Shown here one piece after another: positions 1 through 7,722 of a stretch of 64,000 bases of DNA. The position numbers were made by a program, and so were the translations under genes. Source of the stretch: an uncultured Methanosarcinales archaeon (GTDB lineage Archaea > Nanobdellota > Nanobdellia > Woesearchaeales > GW2011-AR9); the NCBI GenBank assembly GCA_964343575.1, contig CAYFJV010000002.1:69585-133584 (forward strand), read 5' to 3'. The first letter of the stretch is position 1. The number at the start of each line of letters is the position of its first letter. The notes under the pieces were generated by a model. That model did no database searches. It was not told the DNA's origin and was given only the letters and a program-made list of their open reading frames with translations.

Positions 1-2027
1 TTGAAAAGTGGACAGTCAAGTACTAAAGATTCAAACTCTCCACCTTCTCCTGCAATATTAAAACCATTTTTGTTGTTGATTACTTTGAGCTTTTCTAGAT
101 GTTCTTGCGTGAGCGGAGTGTTGAGCCAAGTTTTATCGATTCCTTCACCTGCAATTGCTGTGAGAATGATAGTGAAGTTGTTGTTGATTACTTCTTGCAT
201 GTGCTGTACTTGCGGCTTATGCCAAAGTGGAGAGAATATTTTGAGTCCTAATTTGTCACAGATCTTTTCGATGCGTTCTCGTTGGTATCGTGAGAAAAGT
301 GCTCCCGAAACAATGCCATCGATCTTATGTTTCTCTTTTGCTCGTTTGATTGCCTTTTCTAGGTCTTTAAGCTCTTCTTCTTTCTCTCCTTGTGTTTCCT
401 GAATGATGATGGGTAATTCCATGGCTTTTGCTTGGAGCTCGACAAGTTCGGTTCCTGCGGATTGAAACATGTAAGAATGTGGGTTTTTGCTTTTGAGGGT
501 GATGAGACAAGAAAGCTCATAATTTTGCCTTTGCATAATCAGTGCTGCGCTGGTGCTATCTTTTCCTGAGCTGAACAATACTCCAAGTTTGAGATTATGT
601 TCGGGATAGAAAGTTCGAAGGTAAGCAGACTTTCCTTTGAACTTGTTTTTCTTTGCAAGCTTGCCAAGAGCACTATCAATTCTACTCCCGTACTGCGCTG
701 CTTTCTTTTTTCGTAAGGAGAACTCTTCTGAGATGCCTTTTTCTAGTGCGATTTCTCTTAAAATGTATTTTCCATAGCCTTCTGCGATCTTGTACTCTTC
801 AGGTATTTTGAGAGCGTAGTTGACTAGATCCTTGTCAAGGAAGGGAAGTCTGAGCTCAATGTTATTATCCATGGTGAGGACATCGTCACGGTAAAGGTCT
901 CGCTCATAGATTTTTCTCAGGCCCGCTAAGCATTCTTCATTGATGTGCTTTGCTTGCTTGTGCCTTTCATAGCCGGCAAAGATCTCTTCTGATCCTAAGC
1001 CAGAGAAGATCACTTTACAGCCATCCTTTTTGGCTGCTGCTGCTGCGAGGTAGAAAGTTAATGCTACTCCAACTTTTATCACATTGGAGTCTTCAATAAG
1101 CGGCACTAAGTGCTTGAGTTTAGCTGGAATTTCTTCTTCTTTGATTTTGATAACTTTATGTTTGAGCTTGAGTTCCTGTGCAACTTTAAGGGCTGCTGTG
1201 AGATCTTGCGGGACAGTTGTTTCTGAGTCCAAAGCTGCCGTGTAACAAGTGAAGTCGACATTTTTTTCCTTAAGGGTCTTTGCAATGAAGGTTGAGTCGA
1301 TCCCTCCTGAAAAAAGGAGTGCCACTTTTTTTTGAGGAAGGCGTTTTTCTATGGCTAAATCTAGAAGGGAGGCTAATTTTTGCTTTATTCCTTCCTTGCT
1401 TTCCTTATGTTCTGGTGTAATTGTGAAGAATTTTCTTTGAATTTGCTTGGTCTTCTTTGTCACAGTATCGTATACTAGTATCTGACGAGGGTTAAGCTCT
1501 TGGATGTCAATGTGGCCTAGTTTCTCGAGAGCTTTTGCTTCGGAAGTGAAGGTGAAGGCATCTGTGTTCCACGTGAAATGAAGGGGTTTCACGCCGAGAA
1601 GATCTCTAGCAATAATGATCTGATTTTTGCTCCAATAAGCAAAAGCGTAAACACCATCAAGTTCGTCTATCTTTTTGAGTTGGAATTTGTCGAGGAAGGC
1701 GTGGAGAAGCTCTGCATCGTTGTTTGCTTCTAGCTGATATTTTTCTTTGAGTTCTTGCCAGTTATAGATTTCACAGTTGGCTGTGAGCATGGTGTTTTCG
1801 TTTGATTTGAGTGGTTGTGGAATGTGGCCTACGATGGCATGCAGGGTGTGTCCAAGGATGGTGTCTCCCTTGATTGGTTTGAGTTCTTTTGCTGTTTTTT
1901 TGAGTTGAGTTGTGGTTTTGTTGGTGATTCCACAACCATCTTTTCCTCTGTTTTGGAGTGTTGTGAGGGCTTGGATAGCTTGCGCTGCTGCATTTTCTTG
2001 TCCACTGATTCCTATGATGCCACACAT
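1..2027 (-). CDS. Partial CDS running off the window start: asparagine-synthetase-like glutamine amidotransferase fused to a C-terminal DUF71/Dph6-type PP-loop ATPase domain
   Basis: Hand translation of the minus strand from the ATG at 2027 is uninterrupted to position 1. The N-terminus reads MCGIIGISGQ...NRGKDGCGI...CEIYNWQEL, a class II Ntn amidotransferase like AsnB. The AsnB synthetase PP-loop (LLFSGGIDSTFIA) and GSEEIFAGYERH...RLPFLDKDLV follow. A second PP-loop domain then reads LGVLFSSGKDSTSAALIM and ends with GEGGEFESLVLDCPLF, the hallmark MJ0570/Dph6 C-terminal motif. The ORF track shows nothing here because the ORF has no stop within the window. Confidence 0.7.
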   Translation of the reverse strand, partial: MCGIIGISGQENAAAQAIQALTTLQNRGKDGCGITNKTTTQLKKTAKELKPIKGDTILGHTLHAIVGHIPQPLKSNENTMLTANCEIYNWQELKEKYQLEANNDAELLHAFLDKFQLKKIDELDGVYAFAYWSKNQIIIARDLLGVKPLHFTWNTDAFTFTSEAKALEKLGHIDIQELNPRQILVYDTVTKKTKQIQRKFFTITPEHKESKEGIKQKLASLLDLAIEKRLPQKKVALLFSGGIDSTFIAKTLKEKNVDFTCYTAALDSETTVPQDLTAALKVAQELKLKHKVIKIKEEEIPAKLKHLVPLIEDSNVIKVGVALTFYLAAAAAKKDGCKVIFSGLGSEEIFAGYERHKQAKHINEECLAGLRKIYERDLYRDDVLTMDNNIELRLPFLDKDLVNYALKIPEEYKIAEGYGKYILREIALEKGISEEFSLRKKKAAQYGSRIDSALGKLAKKNKFKGKSAYLRTFYPEHNLKLGVLFSSGKDSTSAALIMQRQNYELSCLITLKSKNPHSYMFQSAGTELVELQAKAMELPIIIQETQGEKEEELKDLEKAIKRAKEKHKIDGIVSGALFSRYQRERIEKICDKLGLKIFSPLWHKPQVQHMQEVINNNFTIILTAIAGEGIDKTWLNTPLTQEHLEKLKVINNKNGFNIAGEGGEFESLVLDCPLF

Positions 2028-2079
2028 GATATGTGTACTGGAGAAGTGGTTTTATAAGGGTTTTGGGGGAATGTTAATC

Positions 2080-2814
2080 TTAACTAAAGTTTTCATTCAA
2101 TTTAAAAAGAAATAAATGAAAGATGGCATTTACTAAAATGGGATAAGATGCAATTTGTGGTTCAAAGATATTCTTGTAATCTTCATTAGTTAATCTCATT
2201 TCTTTGTAGATCTTTCCTTTATTGAAGATTAACAACTTGATTATCCCTTCATCACTCACGAATTCAAAATTGAAATGGGCTAAGGAATTTCTAATCTTAT
2301 GATCTACAAACTTCAAAATAATTGGATCAGCAACTTGGTTTTTCTTAAAGACTTCCTGGATTAGTACAATTCTTGCTCCATTTGTGTCAAGATGACTTAA
2401 GGTTGAGTCTTGGAGATAAAGTTCCTTGGCCTTCTCCTTATCAAGAAAATAACTTAAAAGATCCAAGATTGATTCAAAGTGAAAAATAGTTGTGGAGATA
2501 TAAGAGTATAGTGCCGAGCTACCATCAAGAAAATAATTCTTCTTTTTCTCTCCAAGATTATCTCTGTGGTACCTTGTTATTTCTGCAACGGATCTTTCTA
2601 ATTTCTGTATGACCCTGGCCCTCTCATTTCTCTCAATTATCTTTGGGTCTTTGGGAGGACATTTTTTTAAAAGTTCATCAATAATTAGCTGGATTTCCTG
2701 GTTTATCTTTTGAACAAACATATCCCCTTGTTCTCCGAGTATGTCTGTTAGGTAAGCAGCAACATCTTCAGAATTTCTTACATTCAAAACCGCCATTTTT
2801 TTGATAAACCTCAA
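2080..2814 (-). CDS. Hypothetical protein, very AT-rich; C-terminal R-x4-H (RNSLAH) motif is reminiscent of HEPN
   Basis: 244-aa ORF with no recognisable family. It contains IRNSLAHFNFEF near the C-terminus. The stop overlaps the start of the downstream DRG GTPase gene. Confidence 0.35.
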   Translation of the reverse strand: MRFIKKMAVLNVRNSEDVAAYLTDILGEQGDMFVQKINQEIQLIIDELLKKCPPKDPKIIERNERARVIQKLERSVAEITRYHRDNLGEKKKNYFLDGSSALYSYISTTIFHFESILDLLSYFLDKEKAKELYLQDSTLSHLDTNGARIVLIQEVFKKNQVADPIILKFVDHKIRNSLAHFNFEFVSDEGIIKLLIFNKGKIYKEMRLTNEDYKNIFEPQIASYPILVNAIFHLFLFKLNENFS

Positions 2815-3908
2815 TCTAAATGAATCTCTAAGATATCTTCATCTGCTAACTTATGATGTAACATCACACGCTGCGCATCAAACTTTGCACTCTTTCCCCA
2901 GACTCTTGCGAATCTGAAACGCTTTGGAAAGTCTCGATGGAGTTTGTTACAAACGTCTCGAATAGTAGCAGGTGATTGAATGATAAGCGGCTCTTTCATA
3001 TCAGCTTCTTTTCTTGGCTCTTTGAGATAGATACGCATGAACTGTAGCTTGTCAAAAATCATATCTTTGAGTTTATTGATATTCTTCCCAGTATGCGCAG
3101 AAAAGGCAATGTCTGCGCCAATTTCCTTTTTTACTTTAGCAAGTTCTTTTCTTCCAACTAAATCTTCTTTGCTTATACTGATGATTGCTGGCAAATATTT
3201 TTTGTGCCCCTCAATACAATCAATAAAATCGTCAATGTCTATTTTGCTTCGAATAAGAATCTCTGCATTATTGATCTTAAATTCTCTGAGGATTCTCTTA
3301 AGAGTTTCATCGGGCACATCAAGTTTGACCGTCTTTCCGATTTGCAATCCACCTTTAGCAGTCTTTTTGATGTAAACTTCTGGTTTTGTTTTATTGATAC
3401 GAATGCCCGAATCTTTGATCTCTTTGAGCAATGCTTTGTGATGCTTTGGTGTGGTAACATCAACCACCATAAGAACAAGATCTGCATTTCGAATTACTGC
3501 CAGCACTTCTTTTCCTCTTCCTTTCCCACTTGCTGCTCCTTCTACAATACCAGGAACGTCTAGAATTTGAATCTTAGATTGCTTATAGTTCATCATCCCT
3601 GGGACAACACTGAGTGTAGTAAAAGCATAAGCTCCCACTTCTGATTTTGAGCCAGTAAGTTTGTTGAGAAGCGTAGATTTTCCTGCACTTGGAAATCCTA
3701 GTAAGAGAACACTCGCATCCCCAGATTTTCTCACCGAATATCCGTGATCAGATTTTCCGGTTTTTTTAGAAGATCTGCCCGCTTCTTTTTCTTTAAGAAT
3801 GGCAATTTTAGCTTTAACAAGACCAATATGGTGCTGAGTTGCCTTATTGTATTTAGTCTTCTTAATTTCGTCCTCGAGTTCTTTGATCTTCTCTCGATAG
3901 CTGGCCAT
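2811..3908 (-). CDS. DRG/Obg-family GTP-binding protein with C-terminal TGS domain
   Basis: G1 P-loop GFPSAGKSTLLNKLTG, G3 DVPGIVEGA and G4-like motifs are present. An N-terminal coiled-coil region and a C-terminal TGS-like region (KEPLIIQSPATIRDVCNKLH) match the archaeal DRG architecture. Confidence 0.8.
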   Translation of the reverse strand: MASYREKIKELEDEIKKTKYNKATQHHIGLVKAKIAILKEKEAGRSSKKTGKSDHGYSVRKSGDASVLLLGFPSAGKSTLLNKLTGSKSEVGAYAFTTLSVVPGMMNYKQSKIQILDVPGIVEGAASGKGRGKEVLAVIRNADLVLMVVDVTTPKHHKALLKEIKDSGIRINKTKPEVYIKKTAKGGLQIGKTVKLDVPDETLKRILREFKINNAEILIRSKIDIDDFIDCIEGHKKYLPAIISISKEDLVGRKELAKVKKEIGADIAFSAHTGKNINKLKDMIFDKLQFMRIYLKEPRKEADMKEPLIIQSPATIRDVCNKLHRDFPKRFRFARVWGKSAKFDAQRVMLHHKLADEDILEIHLD

Positions 3909-3928
3909 GGGTACTTGAAGAAGGCCCT

Positions 3929-3946
3929 ACTCTTAAAAAGCTTTAG
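3929..3946 (-). promoter_or_regulatory. BRE/TATA-like motif (AAAGCTTTTTAAGA on the minus strand) about 27 nt upstream of the DRG GTPase start
   Basis: Matches the recurrent AAAGCTTT + A/T-rich motif seen upstream of many genes in this window. The spacing fits an archaeal leaderless promoter. Confidence 0.45.
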
Positions 3947-4314
3947 TTGGGGAAGGTTTGGAAAGAAAGATCTTTATGTGAAGCACCGTAACCAACCAAG
4001 ATTATATAGGCTTCATAAAGGGCAGGCTCTGCAGGCCCAAGGCAATTTGCAATCCCAACTTTTAATTTTCGAGCTTTAAAACCTTCATATTGAGCTTTTG
4101 CTCTGGCAACTTCTCCTCTTACTCTTGCAACAAGAGCAGGGTGCTCTCGATAAAGTCTTGCTCTATGGGGGTCGTCTGCGCAGACATCATCCCACTTTTC
4201 ATCAAAACGAGTCCAAAAGTTATTGTACCTTGGAACTCCGTTATGGTGTGGATTTCCTTTTGCATCCAACCTTTGTTTAAATTTTTCATACTCTAAGATG
4301 GTATCAAGTGTCAT
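3943..4314 (-). CDS. Hypothetical protein
   Basis: 123-aa ORF with a BRE/TATA-like motif about 25 nt upstream on the minus strand. No family recognised. Confidence 0.35.
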   Translation of the reverse strand: MTLDTILEYEKFKQRLDAKGNPHHNGVPRYNNFWTRFDEKWDDVCADDPHRARLYREHPALVARVRGEVARAKAQYEGFKARKLKVGIANCLGPAEPALYEAYIILVGYGASHKDLSFQTFPN

Positions 4315-4332
4315 CGAGAGCCCGGCTTCAGC

Positions 4333-4352
4333 CTTTTTTATAAAGCTTTAGC
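4333..4352 (-). promoter_or_regulatory. BRE/TATA-like motif (AAAGCTTTATAAAAAA on the minus strand) about 25 nt upstream of the ORF starting at 4314
   Basis: Same recurrent motif; spacing fits a leaderless transcript. Confidence 0.45.
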
Positions 4353-4552
4353 TATTATTTAGCTGCATACTTCTTAACGACTTAGCAGAAAAAGTCTTTT
4401 CCCCTGGCCGAGTCTAGAGCAAAAGGCTCTTTTCACGCTTTCGTTTTTCTGTGTAAAACAGAAAAACCGTTCAAAGAGAACTGCTTCCCTAGCATCGCTT
4501 GCCGACAAGAGGCAGGCGGGGTGACTTTTTCTACAGAGCTCTTCTTAACAGA

Positions 4553-4573
4553 AACTATTTAAAGCTAAAAATT
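4553..4573 (+). promoter_or_regulatory. BRE/TATA-like motif (TATTTAAAGCTAAAAATT) 15-30 nt upstream of the antiporter ATG at 4586
   Basis: Shares the AAAGCT core with an adjacent A/T-rich box. Confidence 0.4.
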
Positions 4574-4585
4574 GTTCTTTAGGGT

Positions 4586-5926
4586 ATGGATTTTGTAACT
4601 CTGGCACTCTTGTCCATTAGTTTTATCCTATTCTTTGGCTTTTTCTCAGAATTTATTTTCCGAAGATTCAACATTCCAGATGTTCTGTTCTTGATCATTT
4701 TAGGTTTTATTTTGGGACCACATGTCTTAGGTTACTTAGATCCAAGCTTCTTTGTTGATATCGCTCCAATATTCACGACCTTCGCCTTGCTCTTTTTGCT
4801 TTTTGATGGTGCCTTCAACATTAATCTCTCTTCGTTGATACGAGAGTTCTCACAAAGTTTTGTGCTTACCACCTACAACTTTTTCATCTCCTCTGCGGTG
4901 ATAACTGGAGTACTTTTCTTGTTCAAGTTTGATATCACCACCTCCTTATTAGTTGGTTTTGCTCTTGGTGGCGTTTCTTCAGCCTTTGTTATCCCTGTTT
5001 TGCAAGAAATGAAAGTTGGACAGAAAGTTTATTCTTTACTTGCTTTAGAATCTGCTCTTACGGATGTGTTTTGTATCGTTTTCTCCTTGACTGTTTTAGA
5101 AGTCATGAGCTTGGGAGGATTTGGTGTCCAAAAGATTTTGACGCAGCTCAGTTCTCTTTTTGCGGTTGCTGCAATGGTTGGGATCATTGGGGGGATTGTT
5201 TGGATTTTTTTAGTTCTGAAATTCTTTAGAGAACACAATTATATGATGGCTATTGCTTATCTTATCTTCATTTATGTTGCTGCTGATTTCTTGAATGGGA
5301 ATGGTGCAATTGCAACTTTGTTCTTTGGTCTTGTTTTGAATAACTCAAAGCAATTGTCCTCTATCATTAAAGGAATCACTACCAAAAATACTTCTCTCAA
5401 GAAAAGAAAGGATATTATCGCAGGAGATCTTGGTGTTTCTATCACTACGCCTTCCGAAGAATATTTTTATCACCAAATTTCCTTCTTTTTGAAAACCTTC
5501 TTTTTTGTGTACATTGGTATTCTTATTGATTTGAGTGATTGGAAAGCGCTTCTTATTGGGATTATTTTATCATTTCTACTTTGGGCTGCTCGTTGCGCAT
5601 CATCGCTGCTTACCAAACGTTATAGTAGTTGGGATAGAAAATTGATTAATGTCATTTTTGCCCGGGGTCTTGCTGCAGCAGCAATCGCACAAATTGCAAT
5701 CTCCCAAGGAGTTATGCATGCAGAGTTTTTGGCTAAGGTGATCTATGTGGTTATCACTGGAACCATTTTACTCAGCTCTTTGAGTGTCTTTGTCTTTCGT
5801 ATACAAAAGAAAAGGCAAGATGCTGTTTTGGAGACAACTAAAGCTGTTAAAAAGACAAAAAGAAGTAGCCAGAAGAAAGCAGCAGGCAAGACACAGAAAG
5901 CAAGGAGAAAAAAGAAGCGTTCTTAG
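4586..5926 (+). CDS. Na+/H+ (cation:proton) antiporter, CPA1/NhaP family, with a Lys-rich C-terminal tail
   Basis: About 11 predicted TM helices. The N-terminus FSEFIFRRFNIPDVLFLIILGFILGP is typical of NhaP. The C-terminal tail is KKTKRSSQKKAAGKTQKARRKKKRS. Confidence 0.75.
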   Translation: MDFVTLALLSISFILFFGFFSEFIFRRFNIPDVLFLIILGFILGPHVLGYLDPSFFVDIAPIFTTFALLFLLFDGAFNINLSSLIREFSQSFVLTTYNFFISSAVITGVLFLFKFDITTSLLVGFALGGVSSAFVIPVLQEMKVGQKVYSLLALESALTDVFCIVFSLTVLEVMSLGGFGVQKILTQLSSLFAVAAMVGIIGGIVWIFLVLKFFREHNYMMAIAYLIFIYVAADFLNGNGAIATLFFGLVLNNSKQLSSIIKGITTKNTSLKKRKDIIAGDLGVSITTPSEEYFYHQISFFLKTFFFVYIGILIDLSDWKALLIGIILSFLLWAARCASSLLTKRYSSWDRKLINVIFARGLAAAAIAQIAISQGVMHAEFLAKVIYVVITGTILLSSLSVFVFRIQKKRQDAVLETTKAVKKTKRSSQKKAAGKTQKARRKKKRS

Positions 5927-5964
5927 AGGAAATATTTAAAAGTTGGAAGAAAGAATCAATCCTT

Positions 5965-6507
5965 ATGTTTGAAAATCTTTGGCAGGGCCTTGCTGATTAC
6001 TTCTACCAGATCATTGCTGGCTTTATTATGCTCTTGGTTGGTTTCGGTTTGGGTGTGCTTGCAAAGCGCTTTAGCAGAAAGGGGCTCCAAGAAATTGGTT
6101 TTAACCGCATTTTGCGCATCATTAATGTTCCTTACAATGGAGAAGAGATTGTAAGTTCACTTCTTTCTTACATTATTTACTTAGTAACTATCATCTTTTT
6201 TTTACAGCAATTGGGAATAACAAGTATTGTACTGTATTTATTGCTTGGAGCAGTGCTTATGATCATTATTCTTAGCTTCGTAGTTGGTCTTAAAGATGTG
6301 ATTCCTAATTTTATTGCAGGTCTTTTCTTGCGAGGGAAAAACTCTTTGCATGTTGGTATGCGAGTGCAAGTAAAAGAAATTAGCGGGAAAATTGATAAAA
6401 TTGGACACCTTGAAACAGAAATTGAAACGGAGCAAGGAGATATCCTTTACGTGCCAAACAATTTGTTCTTGCGCTCTAAAGTGCTTGTTAAGAAGAAGAG
6501 AAAGTAG
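5965..6507 (+). CDS. Small MscS-like mechanosensitive channel protein
   Basis: Three N-terminal TM helices are followed by an MscS beta-domain-like region (MRVQVKEISGKIDKIGHLETEIETEQGDILYVPNNLFL). Confidence 0.55.
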   Translation: MFENLWQGLADYFYQIIAGFIMLLVGFGLGVLAKRFSRKGLQEIGFNRILRIINVPYNGEEIVSSLLSYIIYLVTIIFFLQQLGITSIVLYLLLGAVLMIIILSFVVGLKDVIPNFIAGLFLRGKNSLHVGMRVQVKEISGKIDKIGHLETEIETEQGDILYVPNNLFLRSKVLVKKKRK

Positions 6508-6540
6508 GTTAGTCCTTTGTATAAGATGCAAAGGGGTTTT

Positions 6541-6798
6541 TTAAGAAGAAGCATTTATACTTTCTAACTTAGAAATAAGGTCCCAAAGTTGTGTTCTGAT
6601 ATAAGAAGAAACTCCTTGTGAATTGATCTCTTCAAGCTCAAGCACAGCTTTTTCTACCTTTAAGGAATCGTCTGCTTTGAGAAGGCTAGCAATTCGATCA
6701 AGACTTTCTTTGAGTTTTTTACTCGCATCTTGGTCCTCTTTAATCATTTCAATTGCTTCTAAAATTTCTTCTTGATCCTCAGGTATCATTGTCATCAC
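6541..6798 (-). CDS. Small all-helical acidic protein (UPF0147-like)
   Basis: 85-aa helical, acidic protein encoded just downstream of prefoldin beta. The family assignment is from memory only. Confidence 0.35.
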   Translation of the reverse strand: MMTMIPEDQEEILEAIEMIKEDQDASKKLKESLDRIASLLKADDSLKVEKAVLELEEINSQGVSSYIRTQLWDLISKLESINASS

Positions 6799-6823
6799 CG
6801 TTTTTATCTCTGTTTTTTCGATC

Positions 6824-7144
6824 CTAACTTTTCATCTCTTCAATAAGTTTCTCTTGAGCTTGCTTAATGGACTCTTTAATCTTTTCTTCTTGTTCTTCTA
6901 CCGTTTTCAAACGAAGTTGCATGAGCTTTTTCTTCTCTTCAAGCTCAGAGAGAAGTTCTTCTTTTTTCTTGGCAAGCATAAGTTTTCCCACTATTTTGTA
7001 GACTTGCTCGCTGGAAGGAAGTTCTTTGAGTGCAGATTCAAATTCAAGAAGTTGTTGCTGGATCTGTCCTTTCTGCAAAAGATGTTGCTGTAAGTTTTGT
7101 TGTAACAATTGCAACTGCATTGCATGTGTTGAACTCATTTTCAT
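6824..7144 (-). CDS. pfdB: Prefoldin beta subunit
   Basis: Q/L-rich coiled coil, beta-hairpin segment (SEQVYKIVGKLMLA), then a second coiled coil, at the typical length. Confidence 0.75.
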   Translation of the reverse strand: MKMSSTHAMQLQLLQQNLQQHLLQKGQIQQQLLEFESALKELPSSEQVYKIVGKLMLAKKKEELLSELEEKKKLMQLRLKTVEEQEEKIKESIKQAQEKLIEEMKS

Positions 7145-7174
7145 GCCTCTTTGGCAGTGGGCTTTTAGGAAGAA

Positions 7175-7309
7175 TTATCTTGCTTTCACAGTAGTTGTAA
7201 CACTTCTTCCCTTAACTACTGCACGATATCCGCAATAAGGGCAACGAACCCTTGCTGCAGTGTACTCATCAGCAACTTCTTTCCCACATTCACCACAAGT
7301 ATATTCCAT
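7175..7309 (-). CDS. rpoP: DNA-directed RNA polymerase subunit P (Rpo12/RpoP), 44 aa; absent from the ORF track because it is under 60 aa
   Basis: Hand translation gives MEYTCGECGKEVADEYTAARVRCPYCGYRAVVKGRSVTTTVKAR, the zinc ribbon C-x2-C...C-x2-C characteristic of RpoP. It sits immediately downstream of the L37ae gene, the conserved archaeal gene pair. Confidence 0.7.
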   Translation of the reverse strand: MEYTCGECGKEVADEYTAARVRCPYCGYRAVVKGRSVTTTVKAR

Positions 7310-7310
7310 T

Positions 7311-7517
7311 TTAATGTGTTGTATACGCTTTTCCAGCGAATTTTGAGCCGCAGCTCGGTTTTGTACATTGCCAGATTCCTACTGCTTGACGCTTCACAGA
7401 AGTTGCGTTACAGTAAGGACATTTGTGTTTCTTTCTTTGGTTAGCTTCAATGCGCGCGAAGACTTTTTTTGTTCTTCTCCCGTAACGAGCTCCAAATCTT
7501 TTTGTTGATAATGACAT
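7311..7517 (-). CDS. rpl37ae: Ribosomal protein L37ae (eL43)
   Basis: C4 zinc ribbon CPYCNATSVKRQAVGIWQCTKPSCGSKFAGKAYTT. Confidence 0.85.
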   Translation of the reverse strand: MSLSTKRFGARYGRRTKKVFARIEANQRKKHKCPYCNATSVKRQAVGIWQCTKPSCGSKFAGKAYTTH

Positions 7518-7548
7518 TTCTTTTACCTACTCTCTTGAACGTAAAAAG

Positions 7549-7623
7549 TGGGGCTGCCCGGATTTGAACCGGGGTTCAGCGGTCCCAAACCGCTAGTGAT
7601 AGACCAAGCTACACTACAGCTCC
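7549..7623 (-). tRNA. tRNA-Pro (anticodon UGG)
   Basis: The minus-strand sequence GGAGCTGTAGTGTAGCTTGGTCTATCACTAGCGGTTTGGGACCGCTGAACCCCGGTTCAAATCCGGGCAGCCCCA folds as a cloverleaf. The anticodon stem AGCGG/CCGCT closes the loop TTTGGGA (anticodon TGG, G37). The T-arm is CCCGG-TTCAAAT-CCGGG. The acceptor stem GGAGCTG/CAGCCCC has one A3:C70 mismatch. No CCA is encoded; the gene is followed by a T-run. Confidence 0.65.
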
Positions 7624-7722
7624 ATCCCCTGTGGCTCTTTATAAAGGTTTTGTAGTGTTTGGCTGAAAGGAAGGGGGTTTAAAAGGTTTATGGTCCGAGG
7701 AGAATGGCCAATCCTAGCCTGT

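Noticed and set aside
1-402. Plus-strand 133-aa ORF at the window start (TTG start)
   Set aside because: It lies antisense to a well-supported AsnB/DUF71 coding frame. Its sequence is low-complexity and Ser/Cys-rich, and it has no promoter or RBS context.
3037-3563. Plus-strand ORFs antisense to the DRG GTPase gene
   Set aside because: Their sequences are hydrophobic and low-complexity with no support, and they are fully contained within a strongly supported gene on the other strand.
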